From a virus, in the IMG/VR virus record IMGVR_UViG_3300029448_007456, positions 1-64,000 of that record: DNA of 64,000 nt; one strand, 5' to 3'. Every line of letters starts with the position of its first letter. The stretch's first letter is position 1. The notes beneath the pieces were generated by a model that searched no databases, was not told where the DNA came from, and saw only the letters and a list, made by a program, of their open reading frames with translations. A program made the translations under genes and the position numbers. Positions 47,398 through 56,809 of the stretch are shown one piece after another.

Positions 47398-49175
47398 TAA
47401 AATAGATATTTTAAACTGACAGCAAATTCTCTGCCAGGCTGTGTATATCCCATTGGTCTTTCATATGCCAAATCAGTCACGTTGTTGATTGTGGCAGTTA
47501 CTTCAGTGGCGTCACTCACTTTATACAAAAGTCCGATGTCTGTGTAGTGTTGTTCACTATTGGTCACAGTTGACCAATTGGTTGGGTGAATATCTTTGTG
47601 TTCACCATAGTAGTTCCAATCATACCAAACTTTCAACTTGTCTGTGACATCATGACCTAAACCAACCACAGCAGAATACTGCGGGCGTCTAGTTAATTGC
47701 ACATCATCTGAATCCTGTGCATGCACGGACGTTACACTAAAGTTGATTGTTGTGTCATCATACTGTTGTTTGTTCTGCAACTCCCAACCTTCCATAGAAC
47801 TGGTTCCAGTTGTGTTGTTATAAGTTGAGTTTGAATAAGATATCATGTTGTCAATTTTTGTGGAAAACACAACAAACTTGCTGTCCATACTGACATATTC
47901 GTTTTTGACTTTTGACACCAATCCAATTTCGTTGTTCACTGAACGTTCTTCTTCAAGACTAGCATTGCCTGAATATCCGAAGTTGTCAGCACCATACATT
48001 TCATACAGTGTAGGCGCACGGAATCCTGTGTTGTGTCCTGCAATGGCTGTCATGTGGTCATTTAATTTGTAACCAACACCAAGTCGATACGTGTTAACAT
48101 CATCATGTAAACTGTTAGTATCATGTCTAACTCCTGTGTTCAACAACACATTACCTAGTTTGTAATCTGCATTTAGAAAATATGCATTTGCTTGTGCTGA
48201 TTTGTCCACAGATGAATTGTAAGATCCTTTGTTGTCAAATTTTGCTGTGTAGGCTGATCCTTCTGTTCCAACGGTGTATTCTACTGGCCCAAATGTATTG
48301 GTATGGGATAGTTTGATATGATTAGTTGAACTGTCGTAAGTGTCTATCTCTGTGCCATTCACATATTCACGGTCATGCACGTTTCTATCAATGACAAAAT
48401 TTACAACATCTGATTCGTATCTTGCTTGTAAAAAGTAAAAATCTGAATCTGATGTGTAGTCAGTGTCGTCAGTGCCACCTGCATCAAGGTCAGCACTTGC
48501 ATCTCTATACACCACTGTGGTGCCAATTTTTGCATTTTCAGTGTAGTGCGTTGAATCAAAGTTCAATGTCTGATACTGATATCCGTCATTGTCTCCGCCT
48601 TCTACAATAGAATATCCATCGGATGATTCTTGATACATTTTAATAGAGTATATTCCTGATGGTTGTGCAGTAAAATAGTTTACTCCAAGGCCTGCGGTGT
48701 TGTTAGATCCAGTCTTAAGTTCTACACTGTCTTCTAATGTGCCTCCAGTGTTGATGTTAATAGCACCACCAATTGCACCAGGTCCCCAAAGTGTGCTCTG
48801 CGATCCTTTGTATAAATCAATTGAACCTGCATAAGTCACTGAATCTACACCTGCATCAAACAATCCGTTAGTTGTAGAATGGTCAGTTACTGGTGATCCG
48901 TTGATCATAAACAGTGTGTGGTTGGAATTAGTTCCTCTTGTAAACACAGAGGTTTGTTGTCCACGTGGTCCAGATCTTATTGCTTGAAATGAAGTATTGC
49001 TGTCCAGCACTTCACCTATGGTCACAGTGTTCTTATAGGACTGTGTTTTGACTGTGTCCACATTTGTTGTTAATAAACTTTTGTCACTTGGCACAATATA
49101 CAGTGTGACATCAAGAGCACTGGCAGTTGCTATTGATCCAAAAACAAAAGTCAAGATTATCGTTAGTATTTTCAT
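47397..49175 (-). CDS. btuB: TonB-dependent cobalamin receptor
   Basis: Plug motif SVFTRGTNSNHTLFMING, GFRAPTLYE, NNVTD..Y..PGR..YLF; preceded by Cbl riboswitch; start MKILT after SD. Confidence 0.88.
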   Translation of the reverse strand: MKILTIILTFVFGSIATASALDVTLYIVPSDKSLLTTNVDTVKTQSYKNTVTIGEVLDSNTSFQAIRSGPRGQQTSVFTRGTNSNHTLFMINGSPVTDHSTTNGLFDAGVDSVTYAGSIDLYKGSQSTLWGPGAIGGAININTGGTLEDSVELKTGSNNTAGLGVNYFTAQPSGIYSIKMYQESSDGYSIVEGGDNDGYQYQTLNFDSTHYTENAKIGTTVVYRDASADLDAGGTDDTDYTSDSDFYFLQARYESDVVNFVIDRNVHDREYVNGTEIDTYDSSTNHIKLSHTNTFGPVEYTVGTEGSAYTAKFDNKGSYNSSVDKSAQANAYFLNADYKLGNVLLNTGVRHDTNSLHDDVNTYRLGVGYKLNDHMTAIAGHNTGFRAPTLYEMYGADNFGYSGNASLEEERSVNNEIGLVSKVKNEYVSMDSKFVVFSTKIDNMISYSNSTYNNTTGTSSMEGWELQNKQQYDDTTINFSVTSVHAQDSDDVQLTRRPQYSAVVGLGHDVTDKLKVWYDWNYYGEHKDIHPTNWSTVTNSEQHYTDIGLLYKVSDATEVTATINNVTDLAYERPMGYTQPGREFAVSLKYLF

Positions 49176-49178
49176 AAA

Positions 49179-49278
49179 GTCTCCTTGCTTTGTTCTACCC
49201 CTAGGTGGCATTCGGACTATAACCGTATCAAGTAATGTGAACGAATTTCACGTCGCTTTCCCACTATGCTTTTAGGAA
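49179..49278 (-). ncRNA. Cobalamin riboswitch, class IIa (AdoCbl-variant)
   Basis: CCUAAAAGCAUAGUGGGAAAGCGACGUGAAAUUCGUUCACAUUACUUGAUACGGUUAUAGUCCGAAUGCCACCUAGG...GCAAGGAG; near-identical in layout to the env8 HyCbl riboswitch. Confidence 0.93.
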
Positions 49279-49284
49279 CTATTG

Positions 49285-49314
49285 TATTTTATATGTTTTA
49301 GATGTGTTTGTCAA
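49285..49314 (-). promoter_or_regulatory. Sigma70-type promoter for riboswitch-btuB
   Basis: TTGACA-17-TAAAAT directly upstream of aptamer. Confidence 0.7.
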
Positions 49315-49328
49315 GAACTTTGATTGTT

Positions 49329-49775
49329 TTATGCAAATCTAAATTTTGGTATTTCAAAAGTGTGCTTCTGCAGATATTCGAACATTTGTGCAAAGATCAA
49401 TGTGCTGATCAACATGTTCACATAGAACGGAATGGCCATCATATAACAAGTGATCAAACCTTCCAGAGTATAACCATACCATCCACCGGTCCACACAGCA
49501 AAATTAGTCACAACAAAAAACAGTGTTGCACTAAAAATTGCACCACGTTGAAAATATGCAATTGCAAATAGACTGGCGTATACCCACAGCATGTAAGAAT
49601 GAAACCCAATTATTGCATCTGAAATAATGTATGCAATTAAACATGGCAGTACACTGACAAGACCAGTCATCATAAACACAGCAATCACTGGTGTAAAGTT
49701 TGGTGGATGCGGAAGCAGTCTAGACGCCACTATGCAAAAAAGCATAAAAATTGTGGTATAAGTATTTTTTGACAT
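49329..49775 (-). CDS. DUF6580 family membrane protein (putative B12 uptake component)
   Basis: SRLLPHPPNFTP, FFVVTNFAVW, CYMMAIPF. Confidence 0.75.
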   Translation of the reverse strand: MSKNTYTTIFMLFCIVASRLLPHPPNFTPVIAVFMMTGLVSVLPCLIAYIISDAIIGFHSYMLWVYASLFAIAYFQRGAIFSATLFFVVTNFAVWTGGWYGYTLEGLITCYMMAIPFYVNMLISTLIFAQMFEYLQKHTFEIPKFRFA

Positions 49776-49823
49776 GGTTACGTTACTATATATTTATTTT
49801 ACTGTTTTGTCAAACAAATCGTA

Positions 49824-51350
49824 ATGATTGATTTCCTATTAATCACTGGCCCTGTGAGAGACTTAACTTTTGCACCAATGGCACTAGCACAGTTAAAAAG
49901 TATCAGCGAAGCGGCTGGATTCACATGTAAAACCATAGATTACAATCAAAAATACTTTCATCACCAATGCAACAAAGACAAAAACAAGTTTTATGAACAA
50001 ACCAAAATGTTTAGAAACACTTTGCCACTGACCTATGATGAAATTGCCAACAGTCATTGTGGTACTTGGTTGGCACATAAAGTAATACAAGATGTCAAAA
50101 AATACAATCCTAAGACAGTTGGGGTGAGCAGTTTTAGTAGATACAACAACATATCTTGCGTGTTGATCTGTAAAATTATCAAACAGCATTTTGCACACAT
50201 CAAAATTATTATTGGTGGATATGGTCTACACAATCCCCTAAATTATCTAGATGCCTTTGATGCAACTCTACAATCACAACCCGAAGTTGGCGAGTTACTC
50301 AAAGTCAACAACTTATGTGACACCTATATTATCGGTGATGCAGAACACAAATTGATAGAATGGTTGAAAGATCACACAGTGGATTATTCTGGATTGAACA
50401 AAAGGATTATTGATGCCAATTGGACTGATACTCCTTATGCTGACTTCGAGGATCTCGACATAGAAAATTACGACTATCACAAAGGATTAATACTACCAAT
50501 GACTGGCAGTAAAGGATGTGTAAGAAAATGCACTTTCTGTGACATCCCACATAACTTTGGTAAATTTTCGTTCAAGTCAGGAAAATCAATAGCAGATGAA
50601 GTGATGCATCTTTATGAACACTATGGAGCCAAAACAATTTATTTTACAGATTCGCTGGTGAATGGCAGCCTCAGTGCATTCATTGATTATGTAGAAACTT
50701 TAGCAGAACTAAAAGCAAAGAAAGGGTATGACGATCTAAGATGGACTGGACAATACATTGTGAGACCAGCACATCAAATTCCTGATCCGGAAAATTATTA
50801 TGCTCTGTTGAATGAAAGTGGAGCAGAAGGACTTACTATAGGTATTGAGTCTGGCAGTAACAAAGTTTTGGCTGAAATGAAAAAACACTGCACTGTGGAT
50901 GATATTCTCACTGAAATCAATTATTTTTCCTCACATGATGTGTCTTGTGGTATATTATTGTTTCCTGCATTTCCATCTGAGACTAGACAAGATTTTTTAG
51001 CCACAGTGAAAATGTTGAAAAAATTACAACCATATTGGTGCAACGGTACAATAAATCTTGTAAACTTCAACACATTTTATGGCAATGAAAATTACAGTGA
51101 ATGGGGTAAAAAGACAGAACAAGACGGCATGTATTCACATCCCAATGATCATAGTTTATGGTGGTATAAAAATAATCCAAAACTAGATTACAAAGAGATT
51201 GTGTTTAGGAGACTGGTATTGAATAAGTTGGTTGAAACTCTCAATATTCCAACCAATCACGAATATGACTACATGACCCAAATTCATAATTATTTTACAA
51301 CAAACATAGGAAAGGTAAAAAAGTTTCATGCTGACATTAAAAAACATTGA
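49824..51350 (+). CDS. B12-binding radical SAM protein
   Basis: APMALA, VGVSSFS, IIGG, GDAE; SKGCVRKCTFCD; IGIESGS. Confidence 0.85.
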   Translation: MIDFLLITGPVRDLTFAPMALAQLKSISEAAGFTCKTIDYNQKYFHHQCNKDKNKFYEQTKMFRNTLPLTYDEIANSHCGTWLAHKVIQDVKKYNPKTVGVSSFSRYNNISCVLICKIIKQHFAHIKIIIGGYGLHNPLNYLDAFDATLQSQPEVGELLKVNNLCDTYIIGDAEHKLIEWLKDHTVDYSGLNKRIIDANWTDTPYADFEDLDIENYDYHKGLILPMTGSKGCVRKCTFCDIPHNFGKFSFKSGKSIADEVMHLYEHYGAKTIYFTDSLVNGSLSAFIDYVETLAELKAKKGYDDLRWTGQYIVRPAHQIPDPENYYALLNESGAEGLTIGIESGSNKVLAEMKKHCTVDDILTEINYFSSHDVSCGILLFPAFPSETRQDFLATVKMLKKLQPYWCNGTINLVNFNTFYGNENYSEWGKKTEQDGMYSHPNDHSLWWYKNNPKLDYKEIVFRRLVLNKLVETLNIPTNHEYDYMTQIHNYFTTNIGKVKKFHADIKKH

Positions 51351-51897
51351 ATCAGAGATTGATAAATGTGTTGCTCTAGCAGATGAGTATTCCTATAGAT
51401 TTGAAATTGAACTGCAAGGTGTATTGTGCAACGGAGATCCTAACACATTTATAAAAATTAATCAAACCACATACTATGAAGAAAAGTTTAATGGTGACAA
51501 AAGTTTTGTGATCGATTGTGTGTTGCCAAAAGATAGTGTGTGCAACATTGTGATTGGATTACAGCACAAACAAACTTCCAACACAATACTACAGAACAAT
51601 AAAATCATACAAGATCAATTTGTCAAAATACGAGACATAAGAATCAATCAAATCAGTTTAGTAAAAAATAATTTATACTTTTGGGACCATTCCAAGTTTG
51701 TGATGCAAAACAATGGTGAAGTCCTGCACAACAGAGATGGAGCATATTTTAATGGTGAATTCATATTGTCGTTGCAGACACCTATATTTCCTTATCTCAG
51801 TAAATTGTTTCAGGACAATATAAAAAATTACAATGTTGAAAACAAATTTTTGTCATCTGAACACAGACAGGAATTGATTCAAGCAGTGTATGATTAG
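51328..51897 (+). CDS. Hypothetical radical-SAM-associated protein
   Basis: Coupled to rSAM gene; similar to 5890..6294. Confidence 0.55.
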   Translation: MLTLKNIESEIDKCVALADEYSYRFEIELQGVLCNGDPNTFIKINQTTYYEEKFNGDKSFVIDCVLPKDSVCNIVIGLQHKQTSNTILQNNKIIQDQFVKIRDIRINQISLVKNNLYFWDHSKFVMQNNGEVLHNRDGAYFNGEFILSLQTPIFPYLSKLFQDNIKNYNVENKFLSSEHRQELIQAVYD

Positions 51898-52490
51898 ATG
51901 TCTTCTCTGTGAGCGATAATTTTATCAACTAATCCAAACTCTAATGCTTCTTCAGGAGACATGAATTTATCACGTTCCATAGAATCATTAATAGTTTCGA
52001 TTGTTTGCCCTGTATGGTCAGCATACATTTGGTTGAGTTTTTTCTTGATCTTTGTGATTTCTTCTGCATGGATAAGGATGTCAGTGGCTTGACCTGATGC
52101 TCCTCCTGATGGTTGATGAATCATGATGCGTGAATTTTTCAGTGCATATCGTTTTCCTTTGGTACCTGCCATAGCCAGTAGGGATCCTGCTGAACAAGCT
52201 TGTCCTATGACTAGTGTTGATATGTCACACTTGATAAACTGCATTGTGTCATACATGGCTAGACCTGCTGTGACCAGTCCGCCTGGCGAATTAATATACA
52301 TAAAAATGTCTTTGTCAGGTGCCTGTGATTCCAAAAATAGTAATTGTGCTGACACAATAGAGGACACTTGTTCGTTGATGCCTCCAGTCAAAAATATAAT
52401 TCTTTCTTTTAATAAACGTGAAAATATATCATAGGACCTTTCGCCCTTTGATGTCTGTTCTATAACAACAGGTACTAAACTCATATCCAT
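51894..52490 (-). CDS. clpP: ATP-dependent Clp protease proteolytic subunit
   Basis: [25 protein letters not shown] (Ser), MIHQP (His), ERD (Asp). Confidence 0.97.
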   Translation of the reverse strand: MDMSLVPVVIEQTSKGERSYDIFSRLLKERIIFLTGGINEQVSSIVSAQLLFLESQAPDKDIFMYINSPGGLVTAGLAMYDTMQFIKCDISTLVIGQACSAGSLLAMAGTKGKRYALKNSRIMIHQPSGGASGQATDILIHAEEITKIKKKLNQMYADHTGQTIETINDSMERDKFMSPEEALEFGLVDKIIAHREDI

Positions 52491-52502
52491 GCTAATATTA
52501 TA

Positions 52503-52886
52503 CTACTCCTCTACAGTCTCGTCAACTGGTTGACGTTGTTCCGTTGGTTTTTCACATGCCCAACCTGTTCCATCAAACCACCTACCATCATCACACAGAT
52601 AATAGTAACCCCAAAAACCAGGCTTGTATCTTCCACATTCATCTTTGTATCTTCTATAAAATTTTTTTCTACGCACTTTGCCTTGATAGTGAGATCCATC
52701 TGGTTCAACAACATAGTTGCTTCCGCCAAAAGATTCATACATCCTTGCTACAAATGTGCCATTGATATCAATGTTGGATAGTAGTTTAGGAAATGCTAAT
52801 CGTTTCTTAAGTTCTTGCTTGGCTAGATAATCTTTATATTTTTCAGGATCGGTTACCCTTAAAAATGCGAGTTCTTTATCTTCCAT
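52503..52886 (-). CDS. Hypothetical protein
   Basis: 127 aa ORF; DGRWFD. Confidence 0.55.
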   Translation of the reverse strand: MEDKELAFLRVTDPEKYKDYLAKQELKKRLAFPKLLSNIDINGTFVARMYESFGGSNYVVEPDGSHYQGKVRRKKFYRRYKDECGRYKPGFWGYYYLCDDGRWFDGTGWACEKPTEQRQPVDETVEE

Positions 52887-52912
52887 TATCTAACCAAACT
52901 GTATATTTTCAT

Positions 52913-53098
52913 TTACTTGGACGAAGCAGCTGCCTTCTCTTCAAGTATTTCTTTTCTTCTTGTCTTGATCAACTTGCCAAGTTCTTGTAAAGCCTTTCTG
53001 GCTCTTGTTGCAGATGCTTTAACACCCTTTTCAGCAAACTTAGTATTTTCTGCCATGTAAGCTTCCATTTGATTTTGTATTTCATCCGTTGTTGACAT
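52913..53098 (-). CDS. Histone H1-like (Hc1) DNA-binding protein
   Basis: KGVKASATRARKALQEL..L....RKEI; SD before MSTTD. Confidence 0.75.
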   Translation of the reverse strand: MSTTDEIQNQMEAYMAENTKFAEKGVKASATRARKALQELGKLIKTRRKEILEEKAAASSK

Positions 53099-53166
53099 AT
53101 TAATATATCTCCTTATTGCATTATTATATGCTCTGTAGACTGTTTCATGCAAGAAAAAGATTATTG

Positions 53167-53844
53167 TTAATTAAAAATTAATCCAGTAAATGACACAGTG
53201 AACTGTGGACAGTAGCCAAAATTGCTTGATGCATGGCCATGCCCCCATGGGATATGATACACTTGTCCTGCTTTCCAATGTGTTAACACAGTCTTTGATA
53301 TTTGAAATGCATGACCATCACTCCACTCATTAACAGACCACCACAGTCTTTTGAGTTGGCCTTGCTCATTTGTTTTAGTGACCGGATCCAAATTGATGTG
53401 TGGAAACTTTTTTGCATATGATCCTGCATCATCTTGATGCCATGCAACACCATGTCCTGGAAATTTTACTAAAAGTCTTATTAATATTGAAGCCGGATCC
53501 ACATTAAGTTTTGCAATGTTCTCCTTACCCAAAAGATCTTTCAGTTGTTCGTTGGTGTCTCCAAGTATGCCATAGTTTAATTCAAAGGTATTGTGTTCAT
53601 TTCTGCCTAACAAATTATTAATATTGGCCCATTGTTTAGCATGTGCAGGATAATGGTCCTTTGGCATTTCCCATTCTTGTTTTGCATTATGGAAATTTTC
53701 TATGGTAAAGTCAATCCATTGTTGAGGATTAATAGATAGTTGTGTAATTGATTTAACTGTTACAGGATCTAGGGAATCAAAATGTTTTTGCATTTCTGCC
53801 CATGGCTTATTGGCAAGCAAATCAACGTATTCATCTTTGTTCAT
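53167..53844 (-). CDS. Cupin/Fe-2OG dioxygenase-like paralogue
   Basis: PGHGVAWHQD...EWSDGH...WKAGQ...GHASSNFG. Confidence 0.65.
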   Translation of the reverse strand: MNKDEYVDLLANKPWAEMQKHFDSLDPVTVKSITQLSINPQQWIDFTIENFHNAKQEWEMPKDHYPAHAKQWANINNLLGRNEHNTFELNYGILGDTNEQLKDLLGKENIAKLNVDPASILIRLLVKFPGHGVAWHQDDAGSYAKKFPHINLDPVTKTNEQGQLKRLWWSVNEWSDGHAFQISKTVLTHWKAGQVYHIPWGHGHASSNFGYCPQFTVSFTGLIFN

Positions 53845-54017
53845 AACAATTTAAATTTCTCATAATCAACTTTTAAAACTTTTTTGCCTGTGTTTTGAAA
53901 ATTTATTGTCACAGTGCCGTTAATACAGGATTGAACCTGTCCTTGACCCCATTCTGGATAGTCTACATGTTCAACAACTGCGCCAGGCACTAGTATTGAT
54001 TCTGATTGTCCAAGCAT
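53841..54017 (-). CDS. DUF3553-like protein (58 aa)
   Basis: Manual translation ...PGAVVEHVDYPEWGQGQVQSCINGTVTINFQNTGK... Confidence 0.75.
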   Translation of the reverse strand: MLGQSESILVPGAVVEHVDYPEWGQGQVQSCINGTVTINFQNTGKKVLKVDYEKFKLL

Positions 54018-54532
54018 TATACTTTTAATTTAGCATAAGATTGTTGGACTGCTTGAGTTTGTGCCACAGCATCTGTAAGTGCATTGTGTTTGCCTTCTAT
54101 CTTTACACTGACATCAGCAAGATCAAACAGTGTGCGTGTGTCTCTCACTTCCCAAAACTTCCAAGTGACTGCTTGTTGCAATGATCGACAGACATCTTCT
54201 ATGATCACAACATCAAAAATTGCGCCATGACTCCACACATTAGAAGTGCCAAGGCCAAATGTATATAATTTTTTCATTGCATCTTTAAGATCAATTCGAT
54301 CATCACCTTCACCGAATGCATCTTCTTGTATCTGTTTGTCTTGTTGGCTCCACCAACCAAGTGTGTCTTCATTGATCACTCTGCCATAACTTTCTTGTGT
54401 TTCAAGAATAATTCTTTCATAATAGGTAGACTCTATATCTGTTGCATGTGGATCAAATCTACATGCTCCAATGGTCAATATGGCCGCATTGGGCGATGTT
54501 GCCAGTGTTTCTAAATCAATCATTAAATGCAT
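54017..54532 (-). CDS. DEDDh 3'-5' exo(ribo)nuclease
   Basis: MIDLETL, WSHGAIFD, RDTRT, HNALTDA. Confidence 0.85.
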   Translation of the reverse strand: MHLMIDLETLATSPNAAILTIGACRFDPHATDIESTYYERIILETQESYGRVINEDTLGWWSQQDKQIQEDAFGEGDDRIDLKDAMKKLYTFGLGTSNVWSHGAIFDVVIIEDVCRSLQQAVTWKFWEVRDTRTLFDLADVSVKIEGKHNALTDAVAQTQAVQQSYAKLKV

Positions 54533-54569
54533 AATTTGAGTATATAAGGAAAAAAAGATACTGTCAACA

Positions 54570-54786
54570 CTGCTTGGAGGGCCTTGCTATGAACTCACCC
54601 CCAACGTCCGGCTAGCAGATCACATCATCTCTATGAAGTTTAAATGTGAGCCTACTTCCAACCATCCCCTTGCAAACTTAGCCATTGGGCCATCTAAAAC
54701 AAGGTCATGTGCGTTATCCCCCTGCCGAAGGATTATTCCGCCACAAGCTCTAAAAAGTTGCAACTAATTAGAATGCGTTGTTCAGT
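54570..54786 (-). ncRNA. Putative ~200-nt structured non-coding RNA
   Basis: GC-rich ORF-free block with own TTGACG-16-TATTAT promoter; multiple helices (AUCCUUC/GGGGGAU, UCACAU/AUGUGA, UUGGGGG/CCUCCAA). Confidence 0.6.
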
Positions 54787-54892
54787 AATAGTATAATAGC
54801 ACTTTTATTAAATGCGTCAACCATATAAAAAATCATTGTTTTTTGCAGTTTTTTTGCCTGGAAAATCTTAATCCATAAATATTTGACTTATC

Positions 54893-56809
54893 ATGCTTAA
54901 TTTAGTGTTAGCACAACCTGGTTTCAGTTGGGGACCATCTCATCTGAATGCTCATTATCTTCCTTATTCAGTTGGTTGTTTGTGGGCGAAATGTCTAGAC
55001 AATCAAACAATTGTTGAAAATGTTGAACTTTTAGACATGATTGCTGTGCGTGAAGATATTCAACACTTTGTTGACAAATATGATAAAATTGATGTTATTG
55101 GTTTTTCTTGCTATGTTTGGAATTACAATTATGTCAATGCTTTAGCCAAAGCAATCAAACGCAAGTTTCCTGAGTGTGTTGTGGTTTTCGGAGGCCCAGA
55201 ACCAGAACACAGTGATCAAGACATATTTGTCAATAAACCTTGGCTTGACTGTGTGGTGGTGCAGGAAGGCGAAGTTAGTTTTGAAAGAATTCTTGAATGC
55301 TTGATTACTAAAAAAAGTTTGGAAACAATTCCTGGATTGGTAATCAACAAACGGGGTCAAAGACTGGTTACACCCATATCACAAAGAATAACTGATCTTG
55401 AGTCCTTGCCTTCACCCTACATCAAGGGCGTGTTTGATCATTTGTTTCACAAACACCCTGATATCACTTGGACAGCCATAATGGAAACCAACAGAGGTTG
55501 TCCTTACAAATGCACATACTGTGATTGGGGTAGCCTCACATTAAGCAAGATCAAAAAGTTTTTGCTGGACAAAGTGGAACAAGAAATCAAATGGATGAGT
55601 GATAAAAAAATAGACTTTGTTAACATAGCAGATGCCAACTATGGCATTTTCAAAGAAAGAGATTTAGCCATCACACGACTATTTGGCAAATATAGATCAA
55701 TCACTGGATGGCCAAAAGCAGTCACAACCAATTGGACAAAAAATGCCAAGAAGCATGTGTTGGACATTGCTCAAGAATTCAAGGATCAAGGCATTGCAAA
55801 CAGTGTGACAGTCAGTTTACAGAGTCTACACGATGATGTGTTGGATGCTGTTGAAAGGAAAAATTTTGAACTCAACAATATCGAAGAAATGTCCATGGCT
55901 TGTTTTGAAAAACAATTACCAGTGGCTGTTGATTTAATTTTGGGATTGCCTATGGAAACAAAAAAATCTTGGAGGCAGACATACTACAAGTTATTTGATC
56001 TAGACATTCATCAAGATTTTTACACACATCAAGCCATGCTGTTGGAAAATGCACACATGAATCAAAATCAATTGCATCAGTATGGTATGGAAAAATTTAC
56101 AAGGCCCATCAAGTTTACTGAAGACAATATGCAACACACTGAATACGCAACCTTTGTCAAAAGCACAAACACAATGACGTATGATGATATGATTGACTGT
56201 GCAATGCACACCAATTGGATTTATGCTCTGCATCACACTGGCCTAAGTTCTGAGCAGAGCAAATTTTTGCACAAACACAGCGGGATACCTTATGCAACTT
56301 TTTACAATGGTCTGATTGAATTTTTGTTGCAACATGATTTTATGCACAATTGTTATCAGCAAAGCGTTGAGCAAATCAAGATGTCCTACAGTGATATAAA
56401 CCAACCCACTTTGGAACAAATTGACCTTAGCCTAAGTGGTGAGTTTAATATACTTGAATGGAATATTATTAATAAAAAGATTGAAACTGATATACAAAAT
56501 TGCATCAAAGAGTTCATTGACACACGATTTACAATTGACAAGGATCTAGTTGATCAGTTGGACGTATATGCACAACTCAGTTACTTGACATTTGAAAATC
56601 ATACGAAGTTTGATCAACTGTCACATGAATTTGATTATAATTTTTATGAGGTCAACAATTTAAATGCTGACATGGCAAAAGGCAAACATACATATGTTTT
56701 TAAGAAAAAGTTATCACAGACTTTTGAAAACACTGTGGACTATGCAAATTACATGATTGTGCGAAAACGTAACATTCCTTCAAAGAACATCATCACACAA
56801 CAAGATTAG
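54893..56809 (+). CDS. B12-binding radical SAM protein (paralogue of 25909..27768)
   Basis: LPYSVG, IGFSCYVWN, FGGP, EGE; ETNRGCPYKCTYCDW; TAAATA at 54876-54881. Confidence 0.88.
   Translation: MLNLVLAQPGFSWGPSHLNAHYLPYSVGCLWAKCLDNQTIVENVELLDMIAVREDIQHFVDKYDKIDVIGFSCYVWNYNYVNALAKAIKRKFPECVVVFGGPEPEHSDQDIFVNKPWLDCVVVQEGEVSFERILECLITKKSLETIPGLVINKRGQRLVTPISQRITDLESLPSPYIKGVFDHLFHKHPDITWTAIMETNRGCPYKCTYCDWGSLTLSKIKKFLLDKVEQEIKWMSDKKIDFVNIADANYGIFKERDLAITRLFGKYRSITGWPKAVTTNWTKNAKKHVLDIAQEFKDQGIANSVTVSLQSLHDDVLDAVERKNFELNNIEEMSMACFEKQLPVAVDLILGLPMETKKSWRQTYYKLFDLDIHQDFYTHQAMLLENAHMNQNQLHQYGMEKFTRPIKFTEDNMQHTEYATFVKSTNTMTYDDMIDCAMHTNWIYALHHTGLSSEQSKFLHKHSGIPYATFYNGLIEFLLQHDFMHNCYQQSVEQIKMSYSDINQPTLEQIDLSLSGEFNILEWNIINKKIETDIQNCIKEFIDTRFTIDKDLVDQLDVYAQLSYLTFENHTKFDQLSHEFDYNFYEVNNLNADMAKGKHTYVFKKKLSQTFENTVDYANYMIVRKRNIPSKNIITQQD

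Noticed and set aside
49176-49211. ORF-track N-terminal extension of btuB (MPPRGRTKQGDF)
   Set aside because: Lies inside the riboswitch; the SD and signal peptide indicate the start at 49175
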